Shown here: positions 1-8,206 of the stretch, in pieces
Position numbering within the stretch: position 1 is the stretch's first letter
Layout of the letters: the number at the start of each line of letters is the position of its first letter
NCBI GenBank assembly: GCA_023205875.1
Contig: CP060756.1
Span: forward strand, 1 to 64,000
Direction: 5' to 3'
Origin: Chloropicon primus
Lineage: Eukaryota
Length of the DNA stretch: 64,000 nucleotides
Program-made: the position numbers and the translations under genes
The notes under the pieces: generated by a model
What the model was told of the DNA's origin: nothing
Database searches by the model: none
What the model saw: only the letters and a program-made list of their open reading frames with translations

Positions 1-228
1 AAACCTAAAACCTAAAACCTAAAACCTAAAACCTAAAAACCTAAAACCTAAAACCTAAAAACCTAAAAACCTAAAACCTAAAAACCTAAAACCTAAAACC
101 TAAAACCTAAAACCTAAAACCTAAAACCTAAAAACCTAAAACCTAAAAACCTAAAACCTAAAACCTAAACCTAACAACCTAACAACCTAACAACCTAACA
201 ACCTACAAACCTACAAGCCTAAACCTAA
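1..228 (+). repeat. Telomeric repeat array (CCTAAAA)n, i.e. TTTTAGG on the G-strand; chromosome left end
   Basis: Tandem CCTAAAA units interspersed with CCTAAAAA from base 1, degenerating to CCTAACAA x4 (170-201), CCTACAAA, CCTACAAG and CCTAAA. Confidence 0.97.
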
Positions 229-529
229 GGAAGGACGACCTGGCCAAGGAAAGGAGCCGGAGAACAAAAGAAGCCTAAGCCAAACACACCGTCGCATCAT
301 CCAAGCTTTCCGTGGTGCCTCCGAGTCACCGCGTTTCCTAAAGCCTTGGGAGTCCTAAAACCTAACGCCTAAAAGGCCCTCTCGTGGGTCCGAAGTGCCT
401 TGAGTAGGGTTTGCCCGAGGAAGGAAGGAAGGACGACCTGGCCAAGGAAAGGAGCCGGAGAACAAAAGAAGCCTAAGAGAAAGACACCGTCGCATCATCC
501 AAGCTTTCCGTGGTGCCTCCAAGCCACCG
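227..529 (+). repeat. Subtelomeric ~105-bp direct repeat (227-331 and 425-529, period 198 bp)
   Basis: AAGGAAGGACGACCTGGCCAAGG...CCAAGCTTTCCGTGGTGCCTCC occurs twice with few substitutions; telomere-like CCTAAAA remnants lie in the spacer (about 337-374). Confidence 0.9.
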
Positions 530-1115
530 GAGATTTTCCTTCTGGTATAGGTTTTAAGTGTGATCTGGGTTTTAGTCGGCCCTAAATCACGTCGCATAAG
601 ACGACGGATTCCAGCAGAAGAGTGGATCAGGGTAAGGTTTACGATTGGACCTCTTTATTCTCTGGTGCCCTCTATTGCACTCCACCCGGAACAGGGCTCT
701 TCATCACGGACTCCATTCACACAACATCATCATCATCCATGGAGGGCTGTGGTTTGGGTTTTAGTGGTCCGACAGATGGATCTCTACAGCTATCAAGGAC
801 GACGGGAACAAACACCATATTCAACGAATTCCAAATATAAAATACAAGCCCCTTCTGACAAAGTTTCACAACCATCGGACACGAACTGGATCCGTCACTC
901 CACTATTCGTACCAAAAAGTAGGCCCCAAAATGGACAATAATAGCTACAGAATTATATCATACACACCTACATTGCACAATCAAGTCACCATGAACCAAA
1001 CCAAGAGGATCCAAGCCACGAACAACTACCCATAAACACCTCTCCTTGCCTCCTCTCCTCTCCCACACTCCTGCATTGCCCCAAACAGCCTCCTCCCTCG
1101 CCTTGGATGACAAGA

Positions 1116-1136
1116 TTACAAGTATAATGACTTACA
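1116..1136 (-). terminator. Two TGTAA polyadenylation signals of the selenoprotein gene
   Basis: TTACA on + at 1116-1120 and 1132-1136, downstream of the SECIS; UGUAA is the established green-algal poly(A) signal. Confidence 0.6.
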
Positions 1137-1194
1137 AATTCTATTGGTTAGATCCGTGGCGTCTTGGCTTCGCGAGCGGGGGCGGATCTGGGCG

Positions 1195-1281
1195 CTCCAA
1201 ACGTATTGTCGGTCTTCAGTAGGCGCCGGCTGACATCAATCGTCGTTTCCCGGGCACCCCATCATGCACGCGTCCCTGGAC
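1195..1281 (-). promoter_or_regulatory. SECIS element (type II-like) in the 3' UTR
   Basis: Minus strand reads ATGAT-GGGGTGCCCGGG-AAA-CGACGATTGATGTCAG-CCGGCGCCTAC-TGAA: AUGA/GA quartet (1265-1261 and 1218-1215), pairable helix II, unpaired AAA (1248-1246), GAC/GUC apical mini-stem, and helix I UCCAG.../...UUUGGA. It lies about 25-110 nt past the stop of a gene with an in-frame TGA. Folded by eye. Confidence 0.75.
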
Positions 1282-1303
1282 CCCTCTCCCTCCCGCGCCC
1301 CAA

Positions 1304-1921
1304 TCACGCCACTGCCTCCTGCTTCCTCTTCTTCGCCTCCACGAGCTTGCCGGCGTACTTCGAGTCAAAGTTCACCGCGTGCTCCACGATCCTTCGGCAG
1401 ACCGCCCACACCTCCGTCTGGCCCACGAGGTCCTCATCGTCCGCCGAGGCGATCAGGGCCTCTAGGGCCTCCACGATGTTGGCGTGGTCCTCCGCGTGGG
1501 ACGAGATGGCGCTGAACATCCTCAGATTCACTCCGCCATCCGACCCGAACCCGGACCGACTCATGAGTTCCTCCTCCTCCTTGGCGTGAAAGGCGAAGGA
1601 CTTGAGGAGGGATCGGATGTCCGCCGCGCTCCTGCTCTCGGCCGCCGCTCGCATCAGGTCCTCCAGCTCGCCGTGCTCCGCGTCCATGCCCTCGTGCCCT
1701 ACCGAGGGAAGCTCGAAGCTCGGGCACCCCTCGCCGTCGAGTTCCTGGGGGGCCTCGGAGCACGCGTTCCGGACGAAAACGGCCTTGGCGCCGCCGGCCT
1801 CCTCCTCCTCCTTCCGCTCCTCCTCCCCACCGAGGTTGGTCTCGGGCGACGCGATCAGCTGGTCCAGGACCGCTTCGACGTACTGGAAGGCGGCGTGCCC
1901 GACCTAACAGATCAATCAATC

Positions 1922-1952
<31 letters not shown>

Positions 1953-2687
1953 CGACGCGGTTTAGGGGGTGCAAGCCCGCGTCGTTGTCGTGAAGACTCA
2001 CCTTGTTCAGGGAAGGCGATCGAAGCGTCGCGAAGTGGCCCTTGGCGTCGATGACAACGAAGCCCTGGCACCCCAGCTGCGTCGGAAACTTTGGAAAGTC
2101 GTCGTAGTCATCGATGTATGCGTTCTTCACCGTGGACCCCTCGAAGTACCCTTGCTGGAACTCTCGAGCGACCTCCACCGGCCGGCCGTCGACGCAGACG
2201 CAAACGAAGCAAACCTGGATGGAGGTGGCAGTCGGAGTCGAATCCATTCCAATCCCATTGAATCGAACCGAATCAGTGAGTCAGTTCAAGTTGTCACGAT
2301 TGATTTCCTTCTTCTTCGTCGTTGTTTTTGCTCCACTGACCTGGTCCTTTTCGTAGGTTTCGCTCCACTTTCTCATCTGCATCGCTGCCGGCCTGCATCC
2401 TCCTCACCCCGCGTTGTAGAAGTGCACCACGAAAGGCACCCTCTGTTCCCCTGTCCCACGAGCAAAGAGAGCACGAGGAAGATACCCGCGTCAGGTTTAC
2501 CGATCTCCTCCGTTTTGTTGTTTATTGTCGTTGTTGTTTTGTTGTTGTCCTTACCTGGTGGTGGTGTGGTCTGGTTTCCCCAATCCGGCATAAGGACTTT
2601 GTCGTTGTCGTTGTCGTTGTCGTTGTTGTTGTTGTTGTATGGTGTTACCTTAAAGGCGGGACACCTCTTCCCTGTCAACTCCGCCAT
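1304..2687 (-). CDS. Selenoprotein: thioredoxin/redoxin-fold domain (UGGC) fused to hemerythrin; exons 2687-2555, 2450-2341, 2214-2002, 1903-1304; 351 aa
   Basis: Three GT-AG introns with consistent phases. Exon 2 reads VPFVVHFYNAG-TGA(2406-2404)-GGCRPAAMQM; exon 3 has VCFVCVCVD and QLGCQGFVVIDAKG (Trx beta strands); exon 4 has hemerythrin ligand motifs MDAEH, HAKEEEELM, HAEDH, HAVNFD. Confidence 0.85.
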
Positions 2688-3080
2688 GTTGGTTTTGTGT
2701 GTTGTGTTGTGTTGTGTTGTGTTGTGTTGTGTCGTGGTGGTCGTGTGGTCCCTGTGTCTGTGCTGCTGTGTCGACACCCTCCCCTCCCCCGACGACGAGG
2801 GAGAGATCGAGATCTCGGACCTGCACGTCACTCAGTGAATCAGACGCAGGACGGGGAGGAGGAGGAGGAGGAGGAGACAACGAACCACCGGACACAACAA
2901 CGACAATACGAACGACAATACGAACAACAACCAGGACAGGAGAGAGCGACCAAAGGACGGACACAAACACACACAAAAACAAAAACAAAAACAAAAAGAA
3001 CGTGGACAAAAGACAAGCAGCAGCCGCTGCATCGAGGTATTGAGTTTGTGTTTGTGGTGGAGGAGGAGGAGGGGAGGAGT

Positions 3081-3979
3081 ATGGAGGTGGTTCGGGCGTG
3101 GCGGGGCCTGAGGGAGGACGACCCGCTGAAGGAAAAGGTGGGGACCGCCATACAGAGGGCAAGGAGGGCGGTCGCGTTGTACAGGGACGAGGAACTCGCA
3201 CTCAGCTTCAACGGAGGGAAGGACTCCACCGTGGTGCTCCACATACTCAGGGCGGCGCACGCGCTGGAATGCGGGGGGAGCGAAAACGAAAACGAAAACG
3301 AAAACGAGGCGTCTAGAGGGGTGGAGTGGCTCTCCTTCTTCTTCCCCTCCCCGGACGACTTCGAGGACATCACTGCCTTCGTGAGGGACGCCTCCGAGGA
3401 CCTAGGCCTGGGGGTCAAGTGGATGGACGGGTCCTTCAAGGACGGGCTCGACACGCTGGTCCGGGGGGGCGTCAGGGCGATTGTCATTGGGACGAGGCAA
3501 TCCGACCCGAATGCCAAGGTGAGCGGCGCCCGGCGCCCGGCACAACGACCGAAGCAAAACTGACTCTCTCTCTCTCTCTCTCTCGCTTGGTTTCGTTTCG
3601 TTTCGTTTCGTTTCTTCTCTTCGCTCCTCCTTGGATCACCACCAGGGTCAGGACGTCTTCTGCCCCTCCTCGGAGGGCTGGCCACCCTTCATGCGGGTGA
3701 ACCCAATCTTGGATTGGACCTACGCGGACGTCTGGTCCTTCCTCTTGCTGATCAAGGTAAGTGGCTCCTGTCCTCTCGTCCCGGTTCGCTGGCTGACTCC
3801 TATCCTCTCTGCCTTGTCCACAGGCCAAGTACTGCGTGTTGTACGATCAGGGGTACACGAGCCTCGGGGGGAAGAAGGACACGAAGAAGAACGACCTCCT
3901 GCTCGACCAGGAGCAGGGAACGTACAAGCCGGCGTACACCCTCACCCAGGAAGACGAGGAGAGGGCGGGGAGGGCTTAG
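3081..3979 (+). CDS. FAD synthetase (PAPS-reductase-like); introns 3519-3645 and 3757-3823
   Basis: [46 protein letters not shown] and ERAGR motifs joined by GT-AG introns. Confidence 0.9.
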
Positions 3980-4075
3980 GCTCGCGGCGCGAAACACCAC
4001 GTCGTCTTCGTCTGTCGATCGACAAAAAAATGTATCACAAACAATCTAATCTATTATTCTTGGCCGCAAAGAAGG

Positions 4076-5041
4076 TTACTTTGTCATCGGCATGTCCTTG
4101 TGCCTCCACATCGCGATCCCTCCCCTGAGGTGCGCCACTTTAGGGAACCCCGCCTGGATGAGCTCGTAACACGCCTTGAGGGACCGGCTCTCCCGGCCAA
4201 AGGCCTTCTCGGGGTCGCTGAAGACCTTGCCCCTCTTGCTCACTACCTCGGTCTCCATGCTCCCCCCGATGCTGCAGCAGCAGATCAGCAGGCGGTCCTC
4301 GTCCTCCGGCTTGGTGGTCGACAGGGCCTCGCACGCGTCCTGCACGAAGTCGGGGTTTCGCTCCGTGGCTTTCATGGCCATCGCGGCGACCGCGATCTTG
4401 AGGGGAAGGGCCAAGGCGGCAAGTCAGAACGAAGCACACGCGCGCACGCACGCGGAGGAGGGGAGCGGGCGCCCACGGAACGAACCAGAAAAAGTCAGAG
4501 CTCGAAAGCCACTCACCTTTTTGAGCGTCTTGAAGAAGGACTGGCCCTGCACCGACCTGTACAGGGGGACGTTCACCGACTCGCTGATGTGGCCGTTGCC
4601 ATTGTACTGGTACTCTGGCCTGACGTCAATCACCACCGCCTTGCCGCTCTTGACCATCTCCTCCACGTCCTCCGGGTCGATCACCGAAAACTTCTCCGAG
4701 TTGGAAAGCCTGATGTGTATGACGGGCCACAAGGTGTACTCCTCCCCGGTCTTGGTCTTCATGGTCGTCAGGCCGCCCTCCTCCCATTCGGACAAGGGGA
4801 GGCCACGCTTGTCGTCACGGACCCAGCGCAGGTTCGCCTTGTCGTACCAGAACCCGGGGTTGTCCTTCATCGTGGTTTCGTCCCCCTTGCCCTCCCCCTC
4901 CGTGGTCGTGGCTCCCAGCCTTACAACCCGGAGCTTCCTCTCTCCTCGAGTTGCGCGTGTCCTCGGGTTCCGCCCCGAGCATGCCCCCCCCTCGAGGACC
5001 CTCGAGGCCCTGCTCCCTGCGCTCACCATCGCTGGCTTCAT
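4076..5041 (-). CDS. Rhodanese-like domain protein, probably plastid-targeted; intron 4516-4397
   Basis: [10 protein letters not shown]...[39 protein letters not shown]; Arg/Ser/Ala-rich transit-like N-terminus. Confidence 0.85.
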
Positions 5042-5210
5042 CAGTCACTCCCTTCTCTCTCTCTCTCTCTCTCTCCTCACTCAGATCTTGGAGATCTTTT
5101 GAGCCAAATCAGAGATCTTTTGACGACGACGACGAGCGGACGACTCTGGTGCAGCAGATAGATTATGCGATTTAGTTTACCACCTGTAGTGACCACGACG
5201 ACGACGACGA

Positions 5211-5758
5211 CTACGAGTGGTGTTGGTGGCTGGCCGCCGGGGGGGTGAGCTTCACGCGCTTGGACAGGCGGGTCTCGTAGTCCCTCGCCCAGCCCAAGAC
5301 CTCCGGGGGGAAGTTCAGCTTCTCCGCCACCTCGATGCCAAAGGACGCCTTGGAGGGCCCGGGGCGCAGCTGGTAGTCCAGGGGGTACCCCACGTGCTTG
5401 TTGGTCACCCCCTCGAGGTTCGTGAGCTCGTGGAAGTGGGTGGCGAAGAGGGTCGCGGCGCCGACTTCCTGCATGAGGTGCTCGCAGACGGCCTGAGCCA
5501 GGCCCAGGCCGTCCTGGGTGCTGGTCCCCCGGCCGAGCTCGTCGATGATCACGAGGCTGTCCGAGGTGGCCGCCTTGAGGATGGCCGAGGTCTCGAGCAT
5601 CTCCGCCATGAAGGTGGAGACCCCGCGCATCTGGCAGTCCCCCGCCCCCACGCGGGCAAAGATCGCGTCCCTGATGCTGATCTCCGCGCCCCGGGCGGGG
5701 ACGAACATTCCGACCTGCGCGAGGAGGACCGCCACCCCAACCTGCCGGATGTAGGTGC

Positions 5759-5790
<32 letters not shown>

Positions 5791-8015
5791 TGAGCCCAGC
5801 TCCCTTGGCCCTTCTCCATCTCGAGGTCGTTGGCAATGAAGTCCTGCTCCAGGCCCTCCTCCACGAGGGGGTGCCTGCACCCGCGGAGAGCGATCTTCCC
5901 CTGGCTGGAGTCCAGCACCTTGGGCCTCGACCACTCCCCCCTTCCCGAGCACGCGACGTCCGCGAACCCGCACAGGCAGTCGAGCTCCCCGAGAATCCCG
6001 CCGACCTTCTGCCACAGCCCGCTGAAGCTCTGGGCCACCGTGACAACCTGCTGCACGAGCTCCTCCTGCGTCTTGTCGTAAGTCTCCGTGATCCCCCGGA
6101 GAGACTTGGCCAGGTGCTTGAGCTTGGAGTTCACGAACTTGGTGCCGTCCTTCCTCGTCTCCAGAATCGTGTAATTGGACTGCAGGTGCTTCCTCACCGC
6201 TTTCTCCTCCTTGCTGGTTATCCTCATGCACCTCTCCCTCTTGTTGCTGTACTTGTGCCACTCGAACTTCACGCTCTTGTCCAGCACGAGCCCCAAGTCC
6301 TCCGCGATGCTCTCGGCCTCCCTCCTGATCGCGTCCTCCGCCTCGACCTTCTCCCCGTGCAAGGCAAGGAGCTCGTCGCTGTACTGGGGGGAGATCAGGA
6401 ACTCCTCCGGGACGCGGTCCAGGTCGATGGCGGCCTCCAGCAGCTCCTCGAACTTCACCAGGTGGTCCTTGTCGTGGCACTGCCTGAGGGAGCTCACGTA
6501 CTTGCGGGCCACCAGGTCCGCGTGGGGGCCCTTGTACCCTTCCAGGTGGTCGCACAGCAAATCCAGCCTTCCCGAGCACCGGTACAGCAGGCAAAGGTCC
6601 ACGAGCGTGGCCGTCCCCCTCTCCAGCTTCCTCACGAGCCTGTCGATGTCCGGCACGCCCCGGAGATAGTGGTCCCTCATCTCCTCCCGGAGGAACAGGT
6701 CCGAGGCGAAGGCCTCGACGACGTCGAGCCTCTCGTCGATCTGGGCCCTGCCGAGCAGAGGCTGCTTGAGCCACGTGCGAGCGAGCCTCTTTCCCATGGC
6801 CGTCCTTCCCCGGCTCAGCAGGCCCGTCAAGCTGCTGAAGTGGGAGCCGATCTGCGAGCTCGCTCCGCCTCCCGCGTGGTGGGTCGGCGTCACGTTCAGG
6901 GCCTTCACCGCGGCCGCATCCATCCTCATGTGCTTCCCGTTGTCGTGAACCCTGACGTCCCACTTGCCGTAGTTCCTCTTGTCCGTCAGCAGTTCCGCGA
7001 ACCCCAAGAGGTTCTGGGTCGCCCTGCTGGCAACCTTCCGGTCCAGGACCTCCCTGCACCTCTCCACGAAGCCCCCCTCGACGAGCCGGCCGAGGTCCCT
7101 CTCCAGCTGCTCCGGGGAGAACTCGTCCTTCTTCCCGGCCTCCCTCTCCGTCACCAGAACGCCGCAGCGATCGAAGACGTCGAGCACCTTGGCCCTGCTG
7201 CCGCCCCTCGACTTGGCCTCCTGGTCGAGCACGTGCACGTAGCACTCCTTGGCCCCGCTCTGGATCACCAGGGACTCCAGCGTGCAAAAGTGCTGGTCGT
7301 CAAGGAACTCGCACGAGGAGATGGCGTGGTGGTTGTGCTCCAGGAGAGACCCCCCGGCGCCGTGGCTCGTCGCCCCCTCTCCCTGCGGGTTGCAGAAAGC
7401 GACACCCACGACGTGGTCCGCCTGGCACGACCCCGCCGTGCCGTTCAAAAGGCTCTGGTCGTATTCCTTCCTGTTCTTGTCCTGGACCACCACGGAGAGC
7501 ACCACGGGCTGCGCCGAGTCCAGGTCCACGGAGAGCTCCTCCTCGAAGGCCTCCAGCTTGCTCGGCGACCCTTGCTTGGCCACGACCCAGGACTGGGATC
7601 CCTGGGAAGCGTACACGTGCAGGATGGACTTCTTCACGGTCGCCTCCCCCGCACCGGCCGAAGTCGTCACCGTCGCCGTCGTCGTCGTGGTCTCCTCCCC
7701 CGTCGGAGCGAAGGCGGTCCCGTCCACGAGAACCATCCTGCAGACGTTCTCGTAACTGGCCTTGTTGAGGTTGACGGTGGGGAGCTTGGCCCCGTTCGCG
7801 CCCGCCCCCCAGTACTTGACGACGGCGGTGTTCCTGAACAGCCCCTTGGCCACGCAGAGGGCGTCGTTGCCGTGGCAGGTGTAGTACCCATTGCGGTCGA
7901 ACACCCGCAGAACGCGTGGGTCTGTCGCGGAGGCGGTCTTGGCGTAGTACCTCCCGAACGCCGCCTGGTCGCGGTCCCACTGACCGCCCTTGCCCTTGTT
8001 GCCGAAGAAACCCAT
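5211..8015 (-). CDS. MSH2: DNA mismatch repair protein MSH2
   Basis: RVFDRNGYYTCHG, ITGPNMGGKSTYIRQ, ARVGAGDCQMRGVSTFMAEMLET, IIDELGRGTST, ATHFHELT; start at MGFFGNK (8015) inside ORF 5211..9245. Confidence 0.95.
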
Positions 8016-8115
8016 CCTCACCCACGACCCACGACCCACGACCTGATCGATCGATCGCACGGCACGGCACGGCGCTCTCTCGCTCTCGCTCTCGCTCTCT
8101 TGGGTTTGGCTTGGG

Positions 8116-8158
8116 TTTGGCGGGAAAGCTGGATTTCCTCTTTTTTTTTTGGCGCAAA
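8116..8158. promoter_or_regulatory. Two E2F-type sites upstream of MSH2
   Basis: TTTGGCGGGAAA (8116-8127) and TTTGGCGCAAA (8148-8158) match the WTTSSCSS consensus, 100-143 bp upstream of the ATG. Confidence 0.65.
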
Positions 8159-8206
8159 CCAAATGATGAATACAATTACAAACGAAAAAATCAACAGATC
8201 TGCAGA

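Noticed and set aside
227..529. Repeat-spacer-repeat pattern as CRISPR or LTR pair
   Set aside because: Only two ~105-bp copies, eukaryotic subtelomere, no cas or retroelement ORF, no TG...CA ends.
355..922. Short subtelomeric ORFs (61-120 aa)
   Set aside because: They overlap repeats, lack codon bias and show no recognisable motifs.
1158..1170. AAGCCAAGACGC shared between the selenoprotein 3' UTR and the 17665 element
   Set aside because: A single 12-mer match is compatible with chance.
2404..2406. TGA as a pseudogene nonsense mutation
   Set aside because: It falls exactly on the redox Cys position, the rest of the frame and splice sites are intact, and a SECIS-like element follows.
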